Under the pieces are notes generated by a model that made no database searches, was not told where the DNA came from, and was given only the letters and a program-made list of their open reading frames with translations. A program made the position numbers and the translations under genes. 64,000 nucleotides of DNA from Trueperaceae bacterium (lineage in GTDB: Bacteria; Deinococcota; Deinococci; Deinococcales; Trueperaceae), in contig OZ243956.1 of NCBI GenBank assembly GCA_965214405.1, positions 3,424,001-3,488,000 of the forward strand, read 5' to 3'. Below are positions 40,210-48,628 of the stretch, piece after piece. Numbering within the stretch: position 1 is the stretch's first letter; every line of letters begins with the position of its first letter.

Positions 40210-40752
40210 GTGGGTGGCTTTGTAACAGCGGTAAGCCGCAGCGGAACGCACACGTTTAGCAAACCGAACGAAAGCAGCATCCGCCTCCTCACCGGCTTGG
40301 GCGTTGAGGGTGACGCGCACGCGGGCGAGAGGGTCAAGCACCGCTCGAGGGTCGCCCAAGACCCCACCCAGCCCAACCTGCGCCAGGTCCACCTCATCCA
40401 CGCCGAATTGCACGACGAACTGCGGGAAGCGGGGTTTGAGGTGTCAGCCGGGGACATGGGCGAAAACATCACCACGCGCGGGGTTTATTTGCTCGGATTA
40501 CCAAGGGGCGCAAAGCTGCACTTGGGCGACGCGGCGGTGGTCGAGGTGATGGGCCTGCGCAACCCCTGCGCGCAGCTCGACCGTTTCCAGCCAGGTTTGA
40601 TGGCGGCGGTGTTGGGACGCGACGCGGACGGCAACCTCGTCCGCAAAGCGGGGGTTATGAGCGTTGTCTTGGCGGGCGGCGAGGTGCGGCCCGGTGACGC
40701 GGTTTATGTTGAGGAGCCGCCGGAGCCGTGGGAGAGGCTCGAGCGGGTCTGA
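40210..40752 (+). CDS. MOSC domain protein
   Basis: GDAH, RQVHLI, GENITT, RNPC and GEVRPGD motifs. Confidence 0.9.
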   Translation: MGGFVTAVSRSGTHTFSKPNESSIRLLTGLGVEGDAHAGERVKHRSRVAQDPTQPNLRQVHLIHAELHDELREAGFEVSAGDMGENITTRGVYLLGLPRGAKLHLGDAAVVEVMGLRNPCAQLDRFQPGLMAAVLGRDADGNLVRKAGVMSVVLAGGEVRPGDAVYVEEPPEPWERLERV

Positions 40753-40822
40753 AAGAACTCGGCACACTCACAATTTGTAAATCACGCACCTCTCAGACCA
40801 AAGGCGACTGTAGAGCCGACAC

Positions 40823-40912
40823 CTACCGTTTGAGCAGCCGCGGATCATAGCCGAAAGGCTGCGCTTCGCCCACCATCACCTGCTCAGCATCCGGGTGGTT
40901 CGGGTTGAAAAG
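40823..40912 (-). pseudogene. C-terminal remnant of a RES toxin
   Basis: Reads LFNPNHPDAEQVMVGEAQPFGYDPRLLKR* directly after the antitoxin stop. Compare LLNPLHP..DARLL of the RES at 2540. Confidence 0.75.
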
Positions 40913-40913
40913 G

Positions 40914-41363
40914 TCAGTAGAACACCCCGTGCTCGACGCGGTGTAGCAGCCCTTCGACCTCGCGCGCGCCCAACTCGCTGTGGGCAAGCTCGAAGGGGGT
41001 CTGCCCGCCGAAGACCGGGCGCGGCGTCTGCATCCAGCGCCGCGCTAACGCCTCATCTCCTGTGACCTGAGTGGCCTGGGCGTAAAGTTCAGCGAGACGC
41101 ACCAAACGTTCAGACGGGCCGGGGCCGAGCGGTACACCCGCCTCCTCGCGCCGCTGCACCGTGCGTAGAGAGATGCCGACGGCTCTGGCGAGATTTTCGC
41201 GGGTCACCCCTGTGACTTTGCTGAACTGGTCGAAGGCGGCGGCTGACAGGCCCGCTTGCACGGCGCGAATCCGGGAAAGCGGCGCTGCCTGCGCCAAACC
41301 GAGCGCCGCTTCCCAGGCGCTCGGCTCTACCGGGAGCGGGATAAAATCGAAAACGGCCTTCAT
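40914..41363 (-). CDS. Xre/MbcA/ParS antitoxin
   Basis: VQAGL, GISLRTVQRR, SERLVRLA and ARRWMQTP..GGQTP..GVFY motifs. Confidence 0.88.
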   Translation of the reverse strand: MKAVFDFIPLPVEPSAWEAALGLAQAAPLSRIRAVQAGLSAAAFDQFSKVTGVTRENLARAVGISLRTVQRREEAGVPLGPGPSERLVRLAELYAQATQVTGDEALARRWMQTPRPVFGGQTPFELAHSELGAREVEGLLHRVEHGVFY

Positions 41364-41379
41364 AAGGAACCTCCTAAAG

Positions 41380-41402
41380 CTTGTCGGAAATTATATGACA
41401 AG
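41380..41402. promoter_or_regulatory. Inverted repeat CTTGTC-N11-GACAAG upstream of the antitoxin (putative operator)
   Basis: Overlaps a TATAAT box on the minus strand. Confidence 0.5.
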
Positions 41403-41616
41403 TGTCGCGTGAGCGTCGTTTATCGGTGATTTTCGCGCTTGCCACCAATGAAGCTCGCGCCTCAAGCCTCCCGCTCACGCCTTCAAACAAAAACAGTCGT
41501 AGAGCACCCCCTCGAGATGTTCTCACACCCCACATCCTCCCCCCACTTTCCATGTATCATCGTGCGGTGCGCGGTACCGCGCTGACCATCCCCACCTCAC
41601 GATGAACGGACCCTCT

Positions 41617-42342
41617 ATGAACCCACGCATCACCGTTTGGAACGAATTTAGACACGAGAAGAAAAACCCCAAAGTCGCCGAGATTTACCCCGACGGCATC
41701 CATACCGCCGTCGCCAAGCCGTTAAGGGACGCAGGTTTTGAAGTCCGTACGGCGACGCTCGATGAACCTGAACATGGCCTTGCCAAAGACGTGTTAGACA
41801 GTACCGATGTCCTCCTCTGGTGGGGCCACATGGCGCATGGCGAGGTGAGTGACGAGGTGGTGGACCGGGTGCAGGCGAGGGTTTTAGAAGGCATGGGCCT
41901 GATCGTTTTGCACTCAGGGCATTTTTCAAAACCCTTTAAGAGACTCATGGGTACAAGCTGCGACCTCAAGTGGCGCGAGGCGGGGGAGCGTGAGCGGCTG
42001 TGGGTGGTTGCGCCGGGGCACCCCATCGCCGCGGGGCTGGGCGAGTTTTTTGAAGTGCCCGAGGCGGAGATGTACGGCGAGCATTTTGACATCCCCGCGC
42101 CCGACGCGCTCGTGTTCGTGAGCTGGTTTGGGGGTGGCGAGGTGTTTCGGAGCGGCTGCTGCTTTTATAGAGGACGCGGCAGGATCTTTTACTTCCGCCC
42201 CGGTCACGAAACGTATCCTGTTTATTACCAGGCCGAGGTGCAGCGCGTGATCCAGAACGCGGTGCGCTGGGCCGCGCCGTCTGGCGACCCGGCGATGACG
42301 TACGGGCACCGCCCCGAACCTTTAGAAGCTCTCAACAAGTAA
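41617..42342 (+). CDS. thuA: ThuA (trehalose utilization) family protein
   Basis: [23 protein letters not shown] and FRPGHETYP motifs. Confidence 0.88.
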   Translation: MNPRITVWNEFRHEKKNPKVAEIYPDGIHTAVAKPLRDAGFEVRTATLDEPEHGLAKDVLDSTDVLLWWGHMAHGEVSDEVVDRVQARVLEGMGLIVLHSGHFSKPFKRLMGTSCDLKWREAGERERLWVVAPGHPIAAGLGEFFEVPEAEMYGEHFDIPAPDALVFVSWFGGGEVFRSGCCFYRGRGRIFYFRPGHETYPVYYQAEVQRVIQNAVRWAAPSGDPAMTYGHRPEPLEALNK

Positions 42343-42352
42343 CGGAGACACC

Positions 42353-43402
42353 ATGACACAACTCACCCAAGAAAGACCCCTCAACGTAGGCATCATCGGC
42401 GCGGGCGGCGTGTCCCTCTTTCACTATGAGGGCTACACCGCGGGCGGCGCGAACATTGTGGCGATTGCGGACCTCAACGTGGCGGCGTTGGAGCGCCGTC
42501 AGAAACAGTGGAACATCCCGCGGGGCTACGAAAACGTCGAAGAACTTCTAGCCGACCCCGACATCGAGGCGGTGTCGGTCTGTTTGCCCAACGCGCTGCA
42601 TCACCCCGTCACGCTGGCGGCGGCTCGCGCGGGCAAGCACGTGCTCTGCGAGAAGCCCATCTCGCTCTCCTTAGAGCGCGGCGAAGAGATGATTCGCGTC
42701 TGCCGCGAGGCGGGCGTGGTGCTGCAAATCGGCCACCACCTGCGCTCGGACGCCGCCGCGGCAAAAGCGAAAAGCATCATCGAGTCGGGTGGATTAGGCC
42801 GCCTCACCTACATGAGATTGCGTCAGGCGCACGACTGGGGCGGGGCTGAAAGCGTCCGCGATTCGTTCGGCAAGCTCGCCAACTCGGGCGGAGGCACGCT
42901 GCTCGACAACGGCTGTCACATGATGGACTGGGCGCGCTTTTTCGGCGGCAACGTGGCTGAAGTATATGGGCGCACCGCCACCCTAAAGTTTGACGTGGAG
43001 GTCGAGGACACCTCGGTCGTCAGCCTCACCTTTGAGTCGGGCGCGCTCGGCACGGTCGAGAACGCCTGGACGGCGACGGGCTGGGACTACGGCTTCTGGA
43101 TTTACGGGACGGAGGGTGCCTTGGAGCACACCAACCGCTACGGTACCCCTGTGTTGCGCCACTTTTTCCGCGAAACCTCGGGGACGACCTGGGCGGAACC
43201 CGATTTAGCCACCTACTCCTTTGGCGGCCTTGCGGCGCACACGCAGGCGGTGGTTGACTTTTTGGCCGCGATTCGCGGCGAGCGCGAGGTGGTCTGTACG
43301 GGTGAGGACGGGCTCGAGGCGGTGCGGCTGGTACTGGCGGGCTACGAAAGCGCGCGCCTCAACAAGGCTGTGCCGGTTGGGGAGGTTGTCGCGGCGCATT
43401 AA
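42353..43402 (+). CDS. Gfo/Idh/MocA oxidoreductase
   Basis: GIIGAG, HVLCEKP and GGGTLLDNGCH motifs. Confidence 0.92.
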   Translation: MTQLTQERPLNVGIIGAGGVSLFHYEGYTAGGANIVAIADLNVAALERRQKQWNIPRGYENVEELLADPDIEAVSVCLPNALHHPVTLAAARAGKHVLCEKPISLSLERGEEMIRVCREAGVVLQIGHHLRSDAAAAKAKSIIESGGLGRLTYMRLRQAHDWGGAESVRDSFGKLANSGGGTLLDNGCHMMDWARFFGGNVAEVYGRTATLKFDVEVEDTSVVSLTFESGALGTVENAWTATGWDYGFWIYGTEGALEHTNRYGTPVLRHFFRETSGTTWAEPDLATYSFGGLAAHTQAVVDFLAAIRGEREVVCTGEDGLEAVRLVLAGYESARLNKAVPVGEVVAAH

Positions 43403-43423
43403 GGTTGCAAAATTTTTTAGCTC

Positions 43424-43459
43424 AGGACGGTGGGGAGTTTCCTCGCTGTCCTCTTTGTT
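43424..43459 (+). terminator. Intrinsic terminator after the oxidoreductase gene
   Basis: AGGACGGTGGGGA/TCCTCGCTGTCCT stem followed by CTTTGTT. Confidence 0.6.
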
Positions 43460-43528
43460 AAGGTCTTCAGCACACACCCTCTAATCGCAGCTCTAACTCA
43501 ACCCTGCGCCGCACCTGCGCAGGGTGCT

Positions 43529-43933
43529 TTACATGCCTTCATTCTCGGACACGGCCTCGCTGTTGGCCTCGAGCCACCTTGCAAACGCCTCTTCTTCAAC
43601 CTCACGCGCCGCGAGCGCCAAGGTCATCTGCACCGTCTCGTCTTCATCTAGTTTCGTGATGTAACCGTTTATCTCGATAAAAGTAAGCGCGACGGCGAGG
43701 CCGGTGCGTTTGTTGCCGTCAACAAAGGGATGATTTCTGACGACGCCGCCCGCGTAGGCAGCCGCCAACTCAAAAATGCCCGGTTCACCGTAGACATAGA
43801 GGTTTTGCGGACGGGTGAGAGCGGCTTCTAACCCTCCCTCGTCTCGCAGACCTGGCGAACCGCCGAAAAGCTCTAAAAGATAGGCGTGCAAAAGGGGAAC
43901 GGCTTCTCGCGGAAACCATACCGGCTCCCTCAC
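43529..43933 (-). CDS. doc: Doc (death-on-curing) Fic-family toxin
   Basis: GLRDEG.LEAAL.RP and HPFVDGNKRT motifs. Confidence 0.92.
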   Translation of the reverse strand: MREPVWFPREAVPLLHAYLLELFGGSPGLRDEGGLEAALTRPQNLYVYGEPGIFELAAAYAGGVVRNHPFVDGNKRTGLAVALTFIEINGYITKLDEDETVQMTLALAAREVEEEAFARWLEANSEAVSENEGM

Positions 43934-43935
43934 CC

Positions 43936-44175
43936 TTATTTGGCTAACTCCTCAAAAGCGTTGCGGTAGCGCTGCACAATGTTTTTGGCGACCTCTAATG
44001 TTTCTTCAACCTTCTGACTATAGGGCACAATCTCAAACCCACCTCGGTCTGTTTCCACCAAGAGAATTTTGTCGCCCGCCTCGAGCCCGAGCCTGGTCGC
44101 AATTTCAACCGGCAGAACAATACCGGCTGAATCGCCGATGGTTCTAATTTCGGTTTCGACCACAGCTTTGCTCAC
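43936..44175 (-). CDS. AbrB/MazE-type antitoxin
   Basis: IRTIGDSAGIVLP..GD and YRNAFEELAK motifs. Upstream of doc. Confidence 0.88.
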   Translation of the reverse strand: MSKAVVETEIRTIGDSAGIVLPVEIATRLGLEAGDKILLVETDRGGFEIVPYSQKVEETLEVAKNIVQRYRNAFEELAK

Positions 44176-44340
44176 ACCATAACGTTAGCACACTTCTTAC
44201 GAAAAGAAATTTTGGCGCTCGAGCGAGCGTACCTTAGTAAAGCCGTGCCGGTTGGTGAGGTTGTCGCGGCGCATTCGGTTTAGCCCAACCCGAACGTTCA
44301 CCAAGTGACGCGGCAAGTTTTGTGCCCTCGGCTTAGCGGT

Positions 44341-45477
44341 TCAGTAGTTCAACCTGTACAGCCCGTACGCCTGCCGCCGGTTGACGCGGTCCGGGGTCAG
44401 CCGAAGCGCGGTGTTGCGAAGCCCCCGCAGCCAGAGCGCTTCCACATGAGCCAAGCGCCCCAACCACCACGCCGTGTTGACAAGGCGCGTCGCCTTGGGC
44501 TGCCGGACCCGCGCGTAAGCGGCGAACGCGGCTTCTACAGATTTCTCGTGCGCCAGCGCCTCAGCAAGAACGTAGGCGTCTTCAATGGCCTGCGCCCCGC
44601 CCTGACCGAGGTTCGGGGTCATCGCGTGCGCCGCGTCTCCGACGAGAACGACCCGGCCCTCAGACCAGCGCGTGATGGGCGCGAAATCGTGGAGGTCCAC
44701 GCGGAGGATGTCTTGCGGGGGCGTGTGCCGGATGATGGCCGGGACGGGCGCGGGAAAGTCGGCGTAGCGGTTGCTGAGTTCTAGCACGTCGGGTAGTTCT
44801 CGACCTCCTGCTGGCGCGGTGGCCGGAGCAAACCAGTAAACCCGGTCCTCCGCGACGGACGAGAAGCCGAACCTGTGCGCCCCGCCCCACACCTCCCAGA
44901 CGGTGCGCTCGAGGTCGGGCGGTAACCGCACATTGGCAACACCCAAATAGCACGTCTGACCGGAATAGCGAAGGGGGGTGTTTGGAGAGACCGCCTCGCG
45001 GACTGCGGAACGAACGCCGTCGGCACCAACGATGACGTCGCCTTTGGCGTGGGTGCCGTCGTCAAAAGAGGCCACCGCGCCAGAGTCATTGGAGTCAATT
45101 TTGATACACCGTTTCCCGAGATGGAGCGTCCCGGCGCGGAGCGCGCCGACGAGGACGGCCTGAAGGTCGGCGCGGAGGATGGACACGGTGGTCCGGCCAA
45201 AGCGCGCGTGAACGTCCCTTAGGTCAATAGCCTGGAGAACGCCGCCGTCTTTGTCGCGCACCTCGATGCGCTCCAACGCCACGCCGCGCGCGGCAACGGC
45301 GTCCCCAAGCCCCAAGCGGTCAAGGACGAGCATCGCGTTTGTCGGTACCCAGATGCCTTTACCAACGGGACCTAATTCGGCCGCCGATTCATACACGTGA
45401 ACGTCGAGCCCGCGGCGCTGCAAGGCAACCGCCGTGGCGAGACCGCCGATACCGCCGCCAATGACGCTGATGTTCAT
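44341..45477 (-). CDS. FAD-dependent monooxygenase
   Basis: GGGIGG, GADG and GDAAHAMTPNLGQG motifs. Confidence 0.92.
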   Translation of the reverse strand: MNISVIGGGIGGLATAVALQRRGLDVHVYESAAELGPVGKGIWVPTNAMLVLDRLGLGDAVAARGVALERIEVRDKDGGVLQAIDLRDVHARFGRTTVSILRADLQAVLVGALRAGTLHLGKRCIKIDSNDSGAVASFDDGTHAKGDVIVGADGVRSAVREAVSPNTPLRYSGQTCYLGVANVRLPPDLERTVWEVWGGAHRFGFSSVAEDRVYWFAPATAPAGGRELPDVLELSNRYADFPAPVPAIIRHTPPQDILRVDLHDFAPITRWSEGRVVLVGDAAHAMTPNLGQGGAQAIEDAYVLAEALAHEKSVEAAFAAYARVRQPKATRLVNTAWWLGRLAHVEALWLRGLRNTALRLTPDRVNRRQAYGLYRLNY

Positions 45478-45564
45478 GCTAAGACCTCTTATGACACGGA
45501 CGTCAGGTTAGTCCAAAATCAGAAAGTGATGGAGGAAGATAGCGTTTTCTCCCGCACGGCAAGC

Positions 45565-47775
45565 TCACGCCTTGAGACCCGGTCTGGCCCGATATATCCG
45601 GGTCACGTCGGAGATTTTGAGCACGTTATCTTTAATAAACTCAATCTCGCCCTGGTCTCTCACGTCCACGCGGAAGTGGATGCGGGCACCCACCGAGTCG
45701 CGCACGTCGGCGTTGACGCGGGTGGCGGACTTGTTCATCGCGCCGATCACGTTGAGCACGTCTTTTAACAGGCCGGGCCGGTCTACCGCCACCACCTCGA
45801 AGTCGACCGAATAAACCTCGCCCGCGGGCGCTTCCCAGGTCACGTTGACCAGCCGCTCGCCCTCTTGCTGCATGAGGTGTTTGACGTTGGGGCAGTCAAT
45901 ACGGTGGACGCTCACCCCGCGCCCCCGCGTAATGTAGCCCACCACGTCGTCGCCGCGCACGGGCGAGCAGCAGCCCGCGAGCTTGGCGGGCGCGTCGAAG
46001 CCGTCCACAAAGATGCCGCCGGTGCCGCGCTTGACCGGACCCGTCGGGGCGGGTTTTTCGGGGGGCTTGACCGTATCCGGCGCTAAAGTCTCGATGACCT
46101 GCTTCGTGGTGACGCGCTTGCTCGACAAGGCCAACAACAAATCGTCCGCCGAGTCCGCGCCCAGGAGCGTTTTGGCGACCCCCTCGAGCCTCCCCTTCGT
46201 CGTGTACTGGCCCACCGGGAAACCCTTGCGGCGCAGGGCGCGCTCTAAAGAACGTTTGCCGCCGTCAAGCTGCCCCTGCCGCGCCTGCTGCCGGAAATAC
46301 TGCCGGATTTTCCCCTTCGCGCTCCGCGTGACCGCCACAGAAAGCCAATCGGGCGAGGGGGCGTACTGCGCGCTCTTGTTGGTCAGCACCTCGACCCGGT
46401 CGCCCGTTTGCAGCTCATAACTTAAGGGAACGATCTCGCCGTTCACGCGCGCGCCGATGCAGCGGTGGCCGACTTGCGTATGGACGTGGTAGGCAAAGTC
46501 GATGGGCGTCGAGCCGCGCGGCAGGTTGATGACGTCGCCCGCGGGAGTAAAAACGAGCACGCGTTCGCTCAAAAAGTCGCTCTTGACCGTTTCGACAAAC
46601 GCGCCCGCGCTTTCTGTGGCGCTGTTCACGTCTAAGAGTTGCTTCATCCACTCGAGCCGCTTCTCGACCTCGCGCACATCACTCAGACCCTCTTTGTAGG
46701 CCCAGTGCGCGGCGACGCCGAGTTCCGCCACCTCGTGCATCCGCTTGGTGCGAATCTGCACCTCGATGGGCTGACCCAAGAGCCCGATGACGGTGGTGTG
46801 GAGCGACTGGTAGCCGTTGGGCTTGGGCACCGCCACATAATCCTTAAAACGACCCGGGATGGGCGTCCACAGCGAGTGGACGATACCCAAAGCGCGGTAG
46901 CAGAGCGCCTTTTCCTGATCGTCGGGGCTTAAGGAGGAGCCGTTCTCCGTGTCGATGAGCGCGCGAATCGCCATGAGGTCGAAAATTTGGTCCAGGGTTT
47001 TGCCGTCGCGCTGCATCTTGCGGTGGATGCTGTAGAGGTGCTTGGAGCGTCCCGACACCTCGAAGCGCAGGCCCTCCTTGGCGAGGCGGTCCTCGAGCAG
47101 CCCGATGGAGCGCTTCACGTACGCCTCGCGCTCGGCGTGGCGCATCCGCACCTGGCGTTGCAGGCTCTCGTAGCGTTCGGGCTCTAAGTAGTAAAAGCTC
47201 AAATCCTCCAGCTCGTTTTTGATGTGGTTGATACCCAAACGGTGCGCCAGCGGCGCAAAAATCTCCAATGTCTCGCGGGCGATGCGGGTCTGCTTGTGAG
47301 GCGGCATACTCGCTAAGGTGCGCATGTTGTGGAGCCGGTCGGCAAGTTTGACGAGGATAATGCGCACATCATTCGTCATCGCCAGGAGCATCTGGCGCAG
47401 GTTCTCCGACTGCTCATCTTCGTAGACGCGCACCGCGAGCTTGCTGATTTTGGTCTCGCCCTCGACGATGCGGCGCACGGCGGGGCCGAAGCGCGCCTCT
47501 AAATCCTCCAAGGTCACGTCCGTATCTTCCACCGTGTCGTGCAAAAGCCCCGCCGCCAGCGCGTCGGCGTCTAAGCGCATCTCGGCCAAAAGCTCGGCGA
47601 CCGCCACGGGATGCGTAATATAAGGCTCGCCCGACTTGCGCGTGACACCTCGGTGCGCGGCCTCGGCGACGCAATAGGCGTCCGCAAGGCGCGCCTGCGC
47701 CTCCGCTCCCAAATAGCTCGTTTTGCTTTGTAAACCCTGGAGAAGTGCGTCCATCAAGACATAAAAGTCTATCAC
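45565..47775 (-). CDS. rel: Bifunctional (p)ppGpp synthetase/hydrolase (start may be ATG 47754)
   Basis: HDTVEDT hydrolase, RFKDY/YQSLHT synthetase, TGS, CC and ACT domains. Confidence 0.96.
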   Translation of the reverse strand: MIDFYVLMDALLQGLQSKTSYLGAEAQARLADAYCVAEAAHRGVTRKSGEPYITHPVAVAELLAEMRLDADALAAGLLHDTVEDTDVTLEDLEARFGPAVRRIVEGETKISKLAVRVYEDEQSENLRQMLLAMTNDVRIILVKLADRLHNMRTLASMPPHKQTRIARETLEIFAPLAHRLGINHIKNELEDLSFYYLEPERYESLQRQVRMRHAEREAYVKRSIGLLEDRLAKEGLRFEVSGRSKHLYSIHRKMQRDGKTLDQIFDLMAIRALIDTENGSSLSPDDQEKALCYRALGIVHSLWTPIPGRFKDYVAVPKPNGYQSLHTTVIGLLGQPIEVQIRTKRMHEVAELGVAAHWAYKEGLSDVREVEKRLEWMKQLLDVNSATESAGAFVETVKSDFLSERVLVFTPAGDVINLPRGSTPIDFAYHVHTQVGHRCIGARVNGEIVPLSYELQTGDRVEVLTNKSAQYAPSPDWLSVAVTRSAKGKIRQYFRQQARQGQLDGGKRSLERALRRKGFPVGQYTTKGRLEGVAKTLLGADSADDLLLALSSKRVTTKQVIETLAPDTVKPPEKPAPTGPVKRGTGGIFVDGFDAPAKLAGCCSPVRGDDVVGYITRGRGVSVHRIDCPNVKHLMQQEGERLVNVTWEAPAGEVYSVDFEVVAVDRPGLLKDVLNVIGAMNKSATRVNADVRDSVGARIHFRVDVRDQGEIEFIKDNVLKISDVTRIYRARPGLKA

Positions 47776-48061
47776 ACGCTCCCGTAAAACGACCGCGCCA
47801 CGAGACGGGTGCGGCTAAGTAGGAATAAAGGTTCGGCTTTTCGAGCTCGGTTACGCGAAGTGAGGTTTTGTATAGACACCTCCGCCAGCGCGTGACGCGC
47901 GCACATAAAAGTGAGATAGTTCACGCTAAGCTCTCCTTACAGGGGTGTTTTTAGCAACGTAACTTAGCGCGCGCTGATCGAAAAGCTCGAGCCTTTCCTC
48001 CACCCGTGCCTGCGAAAGCGTTTTGGCTACGTTGCTCGCCCAGCACCCCGCCGGAGGCTCT

Positions 48062-48445
48062 ATGCGTTACTTCGTCCTGTTTACCGTTCTCCTTTTGGCC
48101 GCGTGTTCACAAACGCCCCCGCCCCAAAGCGTCATGTCGGCGGGTTGCCAAAACATCAACGACGCTTTTTACGACAGCGCCTACCTGTCGGGCAACGTCT
48201 ACTTTAGCCCCTTTAAGAAGGGCGAAAGCGTGACGGTGAGTTTAGAGCCCGCCGCTAAGGACCGCGCCACCCAAATCTGGCTCATCGTCAGCGACGCGTC
48301 GGTGAGTCCCAGTCAGGACTTAGTGACCTGGCGCGCCGAGAGCAGTGAACCCCTGCGCTACACCTTCCCCCAGGACATGAGCCAGGCTGAGGTGTATTGG
48401 TCGGCGGACGCGGGGGTGCCGGAGTGGGCGATTGGTTGCGAGTGA
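48062..48445 (+). CDS. Small lipoprotein
   Basis: GGAGG RBS, LAAC lipobox and two further Cys. Confidence 0.75.
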   Translation: MRYFVLFTVLLLAACSQTPPPQSVMSAGCQNINDAFYDSAYLSGNVYFSPFKKGESVTVSLEPAAKDRATQIWLIVSDASVSPSQDLVTWRAESSEPLRYTFPQDMSQAEVYWSADAGVPEWAIGCE

Positions 48446-48521
48446 AGAGAAAGAGGCTCGAGCCCAACAGGCAAGCCAAAGAGAGCACTTGACTCGAGCC
48501 CCGATAAGGGTCTGTGAGACG

Positions 48522-48559
48522 AAAAAAGAAAGGAGGCTCGAGTCTGACTCGAGCCTCCT
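48522..48559 (-). terminator. Intrinsic terminator of the large lipoprotein gene
   Basis: AGGAGGCTCGAGTC-T-GACTCGAGCCTCCT inverted repeat with an A tract on the left (U tract on the minus strand). Confidence 0.75.
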
Positions 48560-48628
48560 ACTGCTATTAAGGTTCAGGGGTTTGTTCGGTCAGCGGTTGG
48601 GCCACATTACCCTCCGAACGGCGCACCT

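Larger units (their letters stand above)
43346..44275 (+). repeat. Imperfect 55-bp direct repeat (43346-43400 and 44221-44275) flanking the AbrB/Doc module
   Basis: GTGCCGGTTGG(G/T)GAGGTTGTCGCGGCGCATT present at both sites. Confidence 0.85.
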
